A stretch of 64,000 nucleotides of DNA from Acidimicrobiaceae bacterium (GCA_003140595.1 PLKG01000095.1:5694-69693), one strand, 5' to 3'; shown: positions 18,931-29,654, numbered from the stretch's first letter. Notes: generated from the letters alone by a model not told the origin. Made by a program: numbers and translations.

Positions 18931-20916
18931 ATGCTCGCGCCGTCGCGAGGAATTGGCCCCCTGTGGCATAGCCTCGTCGCCTTTGGGGCGCTGTCGTTGT
19001 CGGGCCTGGTTCTCGTCACGCTTGTGGCGGCACCTCCCGTGGGCGCGGCGGGCCACAGCTCCGCAAGAGCTTCCGCGTCGGCGAAGGCACCTTCAGGCGT
19101 AGAGGTCGTCGGATGGGGATTCGACGAGCCCTGGGCCATCACCGCCGACGGCACACACGCCTGGGTTGTGAACCGTGGCAAGTCGGTCACCGAGATCTCT
19201 GCCTCCGACGGCACCCAGACAAGGATGATCAGCGGCCCGGAATACGGGTTCAACGGCTCGATGGGCATCACCTCGGACGGCTCCCACATCTGGGTGGCAA
19301 ACGCGAACGGCCAGTCGGTCACAGAGCTGTCGGCCTCGACCGGCGCCCTGGTAAGGGTCATCAAAGGGCCGGCGTACGGCTTTGACGACCCGTGGGCAGT
19401 TACCAATGACGGCACGGAGCTCTGGGTGACGAACGAGAGCTCGGTCACAGAGTTGTCGGTGTCGACCGGCGCCCTCGTAAGGGACATCAAAGGACCGGCG
19501 TACAGCTTCCACGACCCGTGGGCCATCACCGCCGACGGACCCCACATCTGGGTGAGGAACGAGGGTTCTGTCACTGAGCTGTCCGCCTCGACCGGCGCCC
19601 TGGTCAAGGTCATCGGTGGTCCGAGCTTCGGGTTTGACGGCTCGCTCGGTGCAGAAGGGATCACATCGAGCGGCGCCTTCATCTGGGTGACAAACGATTT
19701 GGCCAACTCGGTAACCGAGCTGTCCGCCTCGACCGGCGCCCTCGTCAAGGTGATCCGTGGTCCGAGGTACGGTCTCGATGACCCCTCGAGCATCATCTCG
19801 GACGGGAATCACCTCTGGGTGGCCAACACGGCCGGAAATTCGGTCACCGAGCTCTCTTCGTCGACGGGAGCCCTGATCAAGGTCGTCAATGGCCGGAGGT
19901 ACGGCTTCGAGGGTTCCCTCGGCATGGCCGTCGGTGGTACCGAGATATGGGTGGCTAACTCCGGCGGCAACTCGGTTACCGAGCTGTCAGCCTCGACGGG
20001 GGCCCTCACGAGGCTCACGAGCGGCTCGAGGTACAAGTTCAAGGACCCCGACGCCCTCACTTTCGGCGGCGGCGACGTCTGGGTGGCGAACTCCGCCGGC
20101 AACTCGGTCACCGAGCTCTCGGCCGTGACCGGTGCCCTTGTCAGGGTCGTCCGCGGCGCAGGCTACGGGTTCGAGGGTCCTGCTGCTATCACCTCTGACG
20201 GCGCACACATCTGGGTGGCCAACACGGCCGGATATTCGGTCACCGAACTCTCTGCCACAACCGGCTCGATCGTCAGGGTCGTCAGTGGCCTCACCTTAGG
20301 GTTCAATTATCCTGATGCGGTCATCACGATCGGCACCCATGTCTGGGTGGCGAACGAGGACAACGTGATCACTGAGTTCTCCTCGTCGAACGGCGGCCTC
20401 GTACGGACCATCAACGGCTCGGCTTACGGGTTCGACGGCCCAGACGCCATCACCTCTGACGGCTCTCATATCTGGGTGGCGAACTCATCTGACAACTCGG
20501 TCACCGAGTTCTCGGCCCTGAGTGGCGCCCTTGTCCGCGTCATCGGCGGCTCGAGGAATGGGTTCGACGACCCCTCGGGCATCACTGTGGCCGGCACCGG
20601 TATCTGGGTGTCGAACGAGGGAGACAACTCGGTCACCGAGCTCTCGGCTTCGACCGGAAACCTGGTCAGGATCATCAGGGGCTCCAACTACGGGTTCGGC
20701 GCCCCAGACACGATCACTTCGCACGGCGCCCACATCTGGGTTGTGAACCAAGGCGGTTCGGTCACGGAGCTATCGGCCTCGACCGGCAGCCTGGTCAAGA
20801 TCTTCAGTGGCGCGGCTTATGGGTTCGACGAGCCCTCTGGCTTCGCCACGGCCGGCGGCCGCGTCTGGGTGGCGAACACGAACGGCCAGTCGGTGACAGA
20901 GTTCCCGGTTTCCTGA
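18931..20916 (+). CDS. Secreted beta-propeller repeat protein (NHL / Vgb-lyase-like repeats, ~14 blades)
   Basis: Signal/TM LWHSLVAFGALSLSGLVLVTLVAAPPVGAAG, then 13 full ~41-45-aa repeats with consensus SVTELSASTGALVRVIxGxxYGFDxPxAITSDGxHIWVANxxGN. Half repeats sit at both ends. The start could be GTG 18856 or ATG 18931. Confidence 0.8.
   Translation: MLAPSRGIGPLWHSLVAFGALSLSGLVLVTLVAAPPVGAAGHSSARASASAKAPSGVEVVGWGFDEPWAITADGTHAWVVNRGKSVTEISASDGTQTRMISGPEYGFNGSMGITSDGSHIWVANANGQSVTELSASTGALVRVIKGPAYGFDDPWAVTNDGTELWVTNESSVTELSVSTGALVRDIKGPAYSFHDPWAITADGPHIWVRNEGSVTELSASTGALVKVIGGPSFGFDGSLGAEGITSSGAFIWVTNDLANSVTELSASTGALVKVIRGPRYGLDDPSSIISDGNHLWVANTAGNSVTELSSSTGALIKVVNGRRYGFEGSLGMAVGGTEIWVANSGGNSVTELSASTGALTRLTSGSRYKFKDPDALTFGGGDVWVANSAGNSVTELSAVTGALVRVVRGAGYGFEGPAAITSDGAHIWVANTAGYSVTELSATTGSIVRVVSGLTLGFNYPDAVITIGTHVWVANEDNVITEFSSSNGGLVRTINGSAYGFDGPDAITSDGSHIWVANSSDNSVTEFSALSGALVRVIGGSRNGFDDPSGITVAGTGIWVSNEGDNSVTELSASTGNLVRIIRGSNYGFGAPDTITSHGAHIWVVNQGGSVTELSASTGSLVKIFSGAAYGFDEPSGFATAGGRVWVANTNGQSVTEFPVS
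19180..20916 (+). repeat. Tandem ~123-135-bp coding repeats (propeller blades)
   Basis: The DNA unit tcggtcaccgagctstcngcctcgaccggngccctsgt recurs at blade spacing throughout the gene. Confidence 0.8.
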
Positions 20917-20962
20917 ATCGGCCCGCGCGCCTCTTCGTCTTCAACCTCTCGAGGAGGCCTGG

Positions 20963-22144
20963 TCATTTCGGGATGGGCGCCTGACCGAGCGACTTTTCAA
21001 ACCAGTGATGGGCGTAATGGTTGTCGTTGTAAGGAGCGATCTCGCTATAGCCGGACGAGTGATAGAGGCCGAGTGCCTCGGGAAGGTGGCTGCTGGTGTC
21101 CAATCGCACGAGCCGGTAGCCGAGACGGGTTGCCGCGGACTCCAGTCCGGCGAGCAGCCTGCGGCCGACGCCGCGACCGCGCACGGATGGGTCGATCCAC
21201 ATTCGTTTGATCTCCGCAGTGGTCGCGTCGATCTTGCGAACCGCCCCGCACCCAACTGCGCTCCCGCCGAGCCGGGCGATCAACAGGCAGCCGGACGGGG
21301 GGCACAGCTCTGTGCTCGGAGAGGCAACGGTGCGGTCGAGGTCGAATCCACCAGGGAACCGGTCGGTGAGCTCCTCGTAGTATCGGGCGAGCAGGTGGCC
21401 AGCCGTCTCGCTCTCCGGAGACTCTTCGACGAGCTCCAGATCATCACGGCCTTGGTTCGCCAGAGCCTTCTTGACTGCAGCGGCCGCGTGCAGGCGGGTC
21501 GTCGGGAAGACCGGCACCGAAGCGTCGTCCGCCCGGACGAGCAACTCGAGCTCGGTGCAGCCCAGGACCACTCCTTGAGCGCCGGCGGCCACCAGTCGGT
21601 CGATGATCGCCCGGTGCCTCTCGCGGGACTCCTCGCGGACGACACCCAAACAGAGCTCTTCGTAGATGGTGCTGTGGACCACCGCCCGGTCCTCAGAGGA
21701 AGGGATGATCACCTCGAGGCCGTGCGCTGCCAGCCGGTCCTTGTAGAAGGACTGCTCCATCGTAAATGCCGTGCCGAGAAGCCCGACCCGGTTGATACCT
21801 TCCGCGCGGATCGCCTCGACGACGACGTCAGTGACACGCAGCAGAGGGATGGACACTGCCAGCTCGATCGCGTCGGCCACCTTGTGCATGGTGTTGGCGC
21901 ACAACACAAGAAAGTCGGCCCCTGCCGCCTCCAGGGACCGTCCGACGGTCGCGAGGAGCTCTCCGGCTGTCTCCCAGGAGCCCGTGGCCTGGAGCCGTTC
22001 GATCTCGGCGAAGTCGACTGAGTAGAGAATGCACTGGGCCGAGTGCAGGCCACCCATCTCCTCGCGCACGAGCTCGTTGAGAACTCGGTAGTACTCCGCC
22101 GAGGACTCCCAGCTCATGCCACCGATCAGGCCAATGGTCTTCAT
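20963..22144 (-). CDS. Fusion protein: Asp/Glu-racemase family domain (N) plus GNAT N-acetyltransferase domain (C)
   Basis: N-terminal part: MKTIGLIGGMSWESSAEYYR, FLVLCANTMH (first catalytic Cys) and GVVLGCTELELL (second Cys). C-terminal part: IKRMWIDPSVRGRGVGRRLLAGLESAA...LYHSSGYSEI (GNAT acetyl-CoA motif A). Start at ATG 22144. Confidence 0.8.
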   Translation of the reverse strand: MKTIGLIGGMSWESSAEYYRVLNELVREEMGGLHSAQCILYSVDFAEIERLQATGSWETAGELLATVGRSLEAAGADFLVLCANTMHKVADAIELAVSIPLLRVTDVVVEAIRAEGINRVGLLGTAFTMEQSFYKDRLAAHGLEVIIPSSEDRAVVHSTIYEELCLGVVREESRERHRAIIDRLVAAGAQGVVLGCTELELLVRADDASVPVFPTTRLHAAAAVKKALANQGRDDLELVEESPESETAGHLLARYYEELTDRFPGGFDLDRTVASPSTELCPPSGCLLIARLGGSAVGCGAVRKIDATTAEIKRMWIDPSVRGRGVGRRLLAGLESAATRLGYRLVRLDTSSHLPEALGLYHSSGYSEIAPYNDNHYAHHWFEKSLGQAPIPK

Positions 22145-22249
22145 CGGGCGATCTTCGCATGGGAGGAGTCGCAATGTCGCCCAACCGATCGCCCGCGGCC
22201 GGTGCGGTCAGTTGTCGACCGGGGTTCGCCGTCTCCTGGAAAGTCCAGG

Positions 22250-22420
22250 AATGCGTTCTTGTGACAGAGCCGCTCCCGCAAGGACGACGAGGCCACCGAG
22301 AGGCTCGTACCAGGAATGACTGGCTCGCCCACGAACGCGGCGCCGACGACAGCGAAGAGGGGAGTGATGCATATGACGGTGCTCGCTTTGGCGCCGCCAG
22401 CGTGTGAGACGACGTGATCG
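22250..22420 (-). pseudogene. Possible remnant of an EamA/DMT-family transporter (last helices only)
   Basis: The minus-strand frame reads GGAKASTVICITPLFAVVGAAFVGEPVIPGTSL, which resembles the C-terminal EamA repeat. There is no room for a full gene between the flanking CDSs. Confidence 0.3.
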
Positions 22421-22438
22421 GGTCGACTCCGGTTCGGA

Positions 22439-23044
22439 TCAGTACCAGGCCGTCGTGAGACTTTCGGTTTCCAAGGTCTTGGACTGATAGCTCCTCGCGT
22501 ACCGCACGGTCCACGGCTCGGCCGTCCGGTCGGGAATGCTCGCCCAGCCCGTTCCCGGTATGCAGTAGTAGTTCAGAGCGACCTTGTCGACCACGGTGCC
22601 AGTGCCTGTCGCGGTGATACAGCGAACGCCGTTGGCGAGCTGGACCGCCCAGACCCACGGTTTGCCATTGGGGTGCTTGGCAGCGTCCGGTATCGACGCA
22701 GTGAGATCGAGGCGCGTTACCTTGCCCCACGGCGAGGCCATGCACGCCAGCTGCTTGAACGACTTGGTCTCAGGGGCGAAGCACGGGTCGTAGATGAGTG
22801 ACGCGCTCGTCATGCACCGATAGGCGTCGCCGGCAGAGACGGCGACGGAGCTAGTCCAGCAGGTGCCCTTGACGGTGCCGGCGACCTTCAGCCCCGAGTC
22901 CAGCTTCCCGGCCGAGGTCCACGGATACTCCGTGTCGATCCGTGTCCTGCTTGCAGTGGCGGCTGTTGCAGGTGCCGCGCCGCCGAGCGCTACCAGCACC
23001 GCCGCGACGGCAGCGCCACGCCACTTTCGCCTATCTCTCTGCAT
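22439..23044 (-). CDS. Hypothetical secreted protein with six cysteines
   Basis: Signal peptide MQRDRRKWRGAAVAAVLVALGGAAPATAATA, good GC3, no recognisable family. Confidence 0.6.
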   Translation of the reverse strand: MQRDRRKWRGAAVAAVLVALGGAAPATAATASRTRIDTEYPWTSAGKLDSGLKVAGTVKGTCWTSSVAVSAGDAYRCMTSASLIYDPCFAPETKSFKQLACMASPWGKVTRLDLTASIPDAAKHPNGKPWVWAVQLANGVRCITATGTGTVVDKVALNYYCIPGTGWASIPDRTAEPWTVRYARSYQSKTLETESLTTAWY

Positions 23045-23412
23045 CGGGCCCTCCCGTTCTCGGCGGCGAGCGTAGCTGGATACTCAGACGATCAGTCCTC
23101 GCCCATCTCCGCTTGCAGCGGAGCGCGGACCGGCATTTGAGTCCCGGCGGCCTGTTGAGCGGCAGTGGCGCTGGTCCTCGACGCACAGCACCACACGAAC
23201 CCTCACTCGGATGCGTTCTCCTGTCGCCGCGGGTCCGGTCCCGCGAGCGGGCGAAATGGGGCAGTGGGAGCCGGGATGGGAGGAGCCTCGGGGCTCCCTT
23301 CTTCTCGCCCGCCTGAACAGGACCTCAAGATCCTCTGTGTCCGCGTCGCGCCCTCGGAGAACTGCGAAGACAAACCCGCCGGAGCGTCGTGGCACTCCGG
23401 GACGCCGATGAC

Positions 23413-24054
23413 TCAATCGAAGGCCGATGCAATGATCAGCACACCGAGTCCGACCATGACAAGCCCGCCGATCGTGCGGAGCGCCACCAGTCGTGTGGAG
23501 GAGCCCGCGAGCCACTCGCGCGCCGTTCCTGCGATCAGGCCCCACGTGCCGTCAGAGAGAACGGCGAGGAGGCTGAAAATGACTCCGAGCGCCAGCAGCT
23601 GCCCGGTCACGTTTCCCGACGAGCGATCGATGAAATGGGGGAACACGGCCACGAAGAAGATGAGCGCCTTGGGATTGAGTCCGCCGACGACAAAACCCTG
23701 TTGGATGACTCGTGATGCGCGAGGTTTGGCTGATTCGACATTCGTCATGGACGCCGCATGAGCGTGCCGGCGCCGCAACGCGTCGCTCCCCAGCCACAGC
23801 AGAAAGAGGCCGCCGGCAACTTCGACGACGGTTGTGAAGAGTTTGGAGTGGGCCAAGAGGGGGCCGAGGCCGACCGCTACCAATGCGGAAAGAACCAGTA
23901 TTCCAAGGCCGTTGCCCACCACGGTGAGGACCGCGACGGTTCTGCCCCAGGCGATGCCCCTTGCAATAGTGAAGAGCACGCTCGGCCCCGGGACGATGAT
24001 GATCGCGAGGGAAGCCAGGGTGAAGCCGATTAGGTGCGATGTAGGAATGCTCAA
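23413..24054 (-). CDS. LysE/RhtB-family amino-acid exporter
   Basis: LIGFTLASLAIIIVPGPSVLFTIARGIAWGR, and later FFVAVFPHF. A TTG start at 24054 gives the usual ~213 aa. The track ORF start at 24180 adds a non-membrane extension. Confidence 0.8.
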   Translation of the reverse strand: MSIPTSHLIGFTLASLAIIIVPGPSVLFTIARGIAWGRTVAVLTVVGNGLGILVLSALVAVGLGPLLAHSKLFTTVVEVAGGLFLLWLGSDALRRRHAHAASMTNVESAKPRASRVIQQGFVVGGLNPKALIFFVAVFPHFIDRSSGNVTGQLLALGVIFSLLAVLSDGTWGLIAGTAREWLAGSSTRLVALRTIGGLVMVGLGVLIIASAFD

Positions 24055-24300
24055 CGATCTTGCCCATCTTGATGCACGAACCAGAGGTCTTGTCGGAAAG
24101 GTGCGCCAACGATATCCCCGAAGCGCTGTTCCGCCGGGAACCCCAGAAACGGGCCAAGCGCGTTCGTCCTGGATCCCCACGCGCGAGCAGAACAGGAATG
24201 CGGGCCGCGGTCAGATCGGTGCTCGACGGGCGCGTGGCGAGCGATCGCGTAACCCTGCTCAGCCCGGTCGACGACTGCACCGGCGGCACCCGGTGGCAGG

Positions 24301-24852
24301 ATGGCGCGCATGGGAACCTTCAGGCTCGGCAGGCTCTCCAGTGTCCCGGCATTCTTACGCACCGATTTGTTGGCCGATCCGACCCGGAGGGCGCTCGTCG
24401 AGACCGGACTCCTCGGCGACGTCGGAGTGGTCGAGATCGACCCGGCCCTCTCAGACACGGCCACGACCCAGCACCACTTCGGGCTCGAGCCCGAATCGCT
24501 CGCCAATTGTGTTGTCGTCGGCGGCAAGCGCGAGGGGACCGAGCGACTGGCTGCCTGCGTCGTGCTCGCTGCGGCCCGCGCCGACATCAACGGGGTCGTC
24601 AAGCGGTTCTTGGACGTTCGAAAAGCCTCGTTTCTCCCGATGGCCCGCGCCGTGGAGCTCACCGACATGGAATACGGCGGGATCACGCCCATCGGCCTTC
24701 CGTCCGGCTGGCCCGTGCTCGTCGACCGCGGTGTCATCGAGGCCGACGTGGTTCTCATCGGGTCCGGTGTGCGCCGCTCCAAGATCTTGCTCCCCGGGTC
24801 ACTTCTGGCCCGGCTCCCGGGCGTCGTGGTGATCGACGGGCTGGCGCTGTAA
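24301..24852 (+). CDS. YbaK/ProX-family aminoacyl-tRNA deacylase domain protein
   Basis: LANCVVVGGKREG...LAACVVLAAARADINGVVKR...MEYGGITPIGLP...VVLIGSGVRRSKILL matches the YbaK-fold pattern. Confidence 0.7.
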   Translation: MARMGTFRLGRLSSVPAFLRTDLLADPTRRALVETGLLGDVGVVEIDPALSDTATTQHHFGLEPESLANCVVVGGKREGTERLAACVVLAAARADINGVVKRFLDVRKASFLPMARAVELTDMEYGGITPIGLPSGWPVLVDRGVIEADVVLIGSGVRRSKILLPGSLLARLPGVVVIDGLAL

Positions 24853-25142
24853 CCGCGCACTCGGTTCGTTCCGTCCGACCAAACGGGCCGGACCCCTACA
24901 CGCGGAGTCGACGGCGATCTCGAGGGGATTCGGCACTTTGTCGTCGGCACCGGAGTCCGGGACGCGTCGCTCTTTGCGACTCAGCGGAAGGGCCGGGTCC
25001 TCCCGGTGTCAAGAGGAGTGCTCGCCACGCTCTCTTTCACCTCGCCTCCTGTCGCGAAAGGACAAGAAGACCCACCCAAGATTCCTATTTGCCGGGCGCC
25101 GGGCTCTGTTGCTTGGGTGATATCCCAGAGCCGAGCGGGTCT

Positions 25143-25961
25143 TCACTGAGCCGAAGAGAGAGATCCCGGGATCCGTGCCCAGAAGAGGATGCGCTTAAAG
25201 GTGTAGAAGTACGGGGCTTGCTCGCCGAGGACCTCGCTGAGGCGTCTCTCATAGCGGTCCACGAACAGGTCGAACAGGTCCGGTGGAAGCAAGTTCTTTG
25301 CGCGCAAGAGAGTGGTGCCCTTCGTCCACTCGACGACTGCCGCGCTCGAGGCGAGGCGGTGGCCGTACACCTGCAAGCGGACGAGCTGATCCGAGAATCC
25401 CATCCCGTCGAGAAGCTCGGCATACCGCTGGGGCGCGCACACGACGTGCGCGCCAGCGACCGGATCGTCGCCCATGTGCTCGAGGAACGGAGCTTGCTGT
25501 GCCAGCTCGAATGCAACCGCGTGGGAAGGGTGGTCGGCATTTGCGGGGACCTGAACGGCCAGTTGGCCTCCGGGGCGCAAGCCGGCCGCCAGTTGCCGCA
25601 GCAGTCGCGGGTGATCGGGCACCCACTGCAGGCTGGCGTTGGCGAAAACGACGTCGAAGCAGGCTCGGGAGTCGAAGCGGCTGATGTCGCCCAATTCGAA
25701 CCGCAAACCGTTGCCGGCCAGGGGTAGGGCCCGGGCCAGCATCGACTCTGCCGCGTCGATCCCGATGGTCGCCCCAGCCCGGGTATGTGCGTGCAGCTTG
25801 GTCGTCAGCTCTCCAGTGCCGCACCCCAGATCGATCACGTCACCGCCAGGAACCGGCTCGACCATCGCGAGGAGATCGAAGAACGGCTTGGCACGTTCGG
25901 CGGCGAACTTCAAGTACTGGTCGGGATCCCATCTGTGGGTCACCATCGTCTCGTCCCGCAT
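25143..25961 (-). CDS. tam: Trans-aconitate 2-methyltransferase-like SAM methyltransferase
   Basis: WDPDQYLKFAAERAKPFFDLL, VIDLGCGTGELT and FANASLQWVPDH. ATG 25961 is preceded by GGAGG at 7-nt spacing. ATG 25946 is an alternative start. Confidence 0.85.
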   Translation of the reverse strand: MRDETMVTHRWDPDQYLKFAAERAKPFFDLLAMVEPVPGGDVIDLGCGTGELTTKLHAHTRAGATIGIDAAESMLARALPLAGNGLRFELGDISRFDSRACFDVVFANASLQWVPDHPRLLRQLAAGLRPGGQLAVQVPANADHPSHAVAFELAQQAPFLEHMGDDPVAGAHVVCAPQRYAELLDGMGFSDQLVRLQVYGHRLASSAAVVEWTKGTTLLRAKNLLPPDLFDLFVDRYERRLSEVLGEQAPYFYTFKRILFWARIPGSLSSAQ

Positions 25962-26043
25962 CGCAGTACCTCCCGGCATCGTGGGCGGTGGTTCGCCCAA
26001 GCCAGACTATTGACAGCACTCCACCACGACACAACGCGGTGAA

Positions 26044-26703
26044 GTGGCCGTCCCTATTGTGAAGGCGATGAAACGATCGCCCGCTGCTCCGCCAGGAGAG
26101 GTCCTCCTCGACGGCTTCGTGTTGCGCCGCTACAGCCTCGGCGATGCTCCGGCACTGGCGGCGGCCGTGGGCGAGAGCCTGGAGCACCTCCGCCCCTTCA
26201 TGCCATGGGTGGCGTTGGAGCCGACGACCTTGGCCGAGCGCGAGGAGCTCCTCAGACGCTGGGACGACGACTGGGCCAACGGCAGGCAGTATTCCTACGG
26301 GATGTTCCGGAGAGACCGCGTCGTCGGGGGAGCGGGCCTCATGCGACGGATCGCCGCGAACGGCCTTGAGATCGGTTACTGGGTGCATCCGGCCTTCACC
26401 GGGAGAGGGTTTGCGACTCGTGCGGCGCGAGCGCTGACGATCATCGGGTTGAGCCTTCCCGGCGTCTCCCATATCGAGATCCATCACGACAAGGCGAACG
26501 TGGCAAGCGGTCGTGTCCCCCTCAAGCTGGGTTTCGAGATGGTGGGCGACAAGCGCGTCAAGCCGGCTGCACCAGGTGAGAGCGGACTGAGCTGTGTCTG
26601 GCGGGTGGGTCGCTCGAGTTGGGCAGCAAGCGACACCGAGTCAGCTCCCGGGCTGCCAGCGGCGACCGAAACCGAGTCCACTCGTTTCAGTCGACACGAC
26701 TAG
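26044..26703 (+). CDS. GNAT-family N-acetyltransferase (RimJ/RimL-like)
   Basis: [25 protein letters not shown] and [26 protein letters not shown]. The start is GTG 26044 or ATG 26068. Confidence 0.8.
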   Translation: MAVPIVKAMKRSPAAPPGEVLLDGFVLRRYSLGDAPALAAAVGESLEHLRPFMPWVALEPTTLAEREELLRRWDDDWANGRQYSYGMFRRDRVVGGAGLMRRIAANGLEIGYWVHPAFTGRGFATRAARALTIIGLSLPGVSHIEIHHDKANVASGRVPLKLGFEMVGDKRVKPAAPGESGLSCVWRVGRSSWAASDTESAPGLPAATETESTRFSRHD

Positions 26704-27755
26704 TCCGTTCGCGCCAACCATTCTTCTAACCGGCCCGGGAGGTCGGTGAGGGAGAAGTGTGCCCGCGCCACCGCCTGGTTGCGGTCGAGAAGTAGAGGCT
26801 CGGGGTTCGCGAGCCATGAGGCCAAAGGTTTCGGATCCTCGATCTCGAACCATCGAAATCCGAGATTCCTGATCTCTGTGCCGACCGGGTAAGGACCGAC
26901 CGCCAAGGGTCGCCGGTGAAAGGCCGATTCGACGCTCGGATTGCCGAACCCCTCCCAGGTGGAGGGCAAGGTCACAACGTCGCATGTCGCGTAGGCGTCT
27001 GCCATCGTCGCGTCCGCGACCGCCGGTCCGCGAAGCACGCGTGTCCTGCCCTGGGCGGCTTCGATCAGCCGTTCGAGCTCCCGGTCGTAGCCGTCCTCGG
27101 CAGGTCCGAGCAGCCAGTAGACCGCACCCAGGCCGATCGCGAGGCGCAGCCCGCCGGCGACGTTCTTTCGCGCAATGGCTCGCGTCGGCTGGAGAACGAG
27201 GAACTCCTCGTCCGCGACGCCCAGAGCGGTCCGGCCCGAAGTGCGGTCACCGAGCGGCGGATTCGGATCGAAACAGTTGTAGAAGACGTCGGCGTCGATT
27301 CGTCTGGCCGCCAGTTCCCGCTTGGACCGGGCGTTGATACAGACATGGCGCCAGGCAGTGTCGGTAGGGGGCGCCCCGAGGCGCGCAAGATGCGGGCGCT
27401 GCCAGGCGAGGTCGTGATGACGCAGGATCGCAGGCCGGTGGATCAAGGTCGCGGCGACGACTTCGCCGGCTACAGGATTCAACGGGAGAGAGCAGATGTT
27501 CTCGACGAGCACCAGGTCCGCGCCCGAAAGCGCGTCAGCGACCTCGGATCGCAATGCGGGGACGTCGTCGACCACGGCGTCGATTGCCAGGCCCGGCACC
27601 AGCCGGTCCGCAATGCCGCTACCGGCGACGGTCGTCACCTTGAACCCGAGCTGGCCGAAGGCCCAGGCCCACTTGCCGGCCTCCACCGAAACGCCGTCCT
27701 GGCGGCCGAGGCGGTAGGAAACGACCGCCAAGGTGCCAGAGTCCGGGAAGCCCAC
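26700..27755 (-). CDS. GT4-family glycosyltransferase
   Basis: N-terminal [22 protein letters not shown]-terminal [29 protein letters not shown]. Confidence 0.8.
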   Translation of the reverse strand: MGFPDSGTLAVVSYRLGRQDGVSVEAGKWAWAFGQLGFKVTTVAGSGIADRLVPGLAIDAVVDDVPALRSEVADALSGADLVLVENICSLPLNPVAGEVVAATLIHRPAILRHHDLAWQRPHLARLGAPPTDTAWRHVCINARSKRELAARRIDADVFYNCFDPNPPLGDRTSGRTALGVADEEFLVLQPTRAIARKNVAGGLRLAIGLGAVYWLLGPAEDGYDRELERLIEAAQGRTRVLRGPAVADATMADAYATCDVVTLPSTWEGFGNPSVESAFHRRPLAVGPYPVGTEIRNLGFRWFEIEDPKPLASWLANPEPLLLDRNQAVARAHFSLTDLPGRLEEWLARTD

Positions 27756-27849
27756 GAACGCACCGTAGCTGTCGGCGGTGTCCGCCAGGACGTTACCGCC
27801 GGCCCACCGTGGTCTCTGCTTCCTTGCGACGGCGGGCGCCAGGCTCTAG

Positions 27850-28830
<981 letters not shown>

Positions 28831-28967
28831 GCTCTGGAGCGGCTCGTAGATTCGTGGTCGAGCGAGGTGGCCGCGGCCGCTGCGAGCGGTCGTGAGGCGG
28901 TGGCCGCTTCGCAGTCGGCCTCCCGCGTGACCTGCATGCCGCCTGACCCGTAACATGGGCGATCTTC

Positions 28968-29654
28968 ATGCCGCCTGCTGTTCGTCTCCACGAGGCCGTA
29001 GCGCTCGCCGGCCGATTCCCCCTCCTCGCAGGAGCCTGTCTGGAAGTTGGCGAAGGCGAGGTTGTGCATCTGCGCGGCCCGAACGGCGCGGGCAAGACGA
29101 GCCTGCTCAAGGTCCTCGCCGGGTTGTTGCCGGTGCACTCGGGCGAGGCGACCGTGCTCGGCTGGGACCTGGTGGCCGATCGGCGTGCGGTGCGGGGACA
29201 GGTGGGCATGCTCGGCCACGAGTCGTTCCTATACGAGGAGCTGACGGTGGAGGAGAACCTGGAGTTCGCTGTCCGAGCCTCGAGGGGCCCGGTCGTGGGA
29301 ATCCGCCCGGCGCTCGAGCAGTTCGGTTTCACGGGTCGCCTCGCGTCGATTCCGCTGGCACGGTGCTCCGCCGGCCAGCGGCGACGGGCCTCTCTTGCCC
29401 TGCTCGTCGCGCGGGGTGCCCGGTTGTGGTTGCTCGACGAGCCGCACGCGGGCCTTGACCAGGACGGCCGTGATCTTCTTGACGAGCTCCTCGCTGGGTC
29501 ACGGGCCGCTTCTCGCACCGTCGTGTTCGCCTCGCACGAGCTCGAGCGTGCAACGGCCATCGCGGACCGGACTGTTCACTTGGCGGGTGGCCGCGTAGTC
29601 GAGCCGCCGAAGACCCCCGAGTCGGTCGAACAAGCGGCGGCCCATGTTGCGTGA
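28968..29654 (+). CDS. ccmA: Heme exporter ATP-binding protein CcmA-like
   Basis: Walker A GPNGAGKTS, signature CSAGQRRR and Walker B LWLLDEPHAGLD. It is the first gene of the ccm operon. Confidence 0.8.
   Translation: MPPAVRLHEAVALAGRFPLLAGACLEVGEGEVVHLRGPNGAGKTSLLKVLAGLLPVHSGEATVLGWDLVADRRAVRGQVGMLGHESFLYEELTVEENLEFAVRASRGPVVGIRPALEQFGFTGRLASIPLARCSAGQRRRASLALLVARGARLWLLDEPHAGLDQDGRDLLDELLAGSRAASRTVVFASHELERATAIADRTVHLAGGRVVEPPKTPESVEQAAAHVA

Noticed and set aside
18774-19796. 340-aa antisense ORF (and 19093..19812, 239 aa) opposite the propeller-repeat gene, itself repetitive (TRAPVEADSSVTE...)
   Set aside because: It is the mirror of the tandem coding repeats. The plus frame has a signal peptide and a coherent blade consensus, while the antisense frame has no start context or recognisable fold. 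It is a typical high-GC shadow ORF.
19087-20916. Regular ~125-bp periodic repeats that might superficially suggest a CRISPR-like array
   Set aside because: The repeats are contiguous with no unique spacers. They are in frame and encode propeller blades. No cas genes are present.
23045-23412. ~370-bp gap between the secreted Cys protein gene and the LysE gene, containing the hairpin GGAGCC-TCGG-GGCTCC followed by CTTCTTCTC
   Set aside because: The hairpin orientation fits neither flanking minus-strand gene as a terminator. I recognised no RNA family or ORF with coding bias, so there is too little to call a feature.
25262-25279. Direct 9-nt duplication CGAACAGGT x2
   Set aside because: It lies inside tam and simply encodes DLF-DLF on the minus strand. 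It is not a regulatory repeat.
24051-25727. 555-aa plus-strand ORF (24060..25727) and 299-aa minus-strand ORF (24051..24950)
   Set aside because: They span the YbaK-like gene, an intergenic region and the antisense of tam. They are extremely Arg/Pro-rich. The in-frame alternatives (24301..24852 plus, 25143..25961 minus) carry real family motifs.
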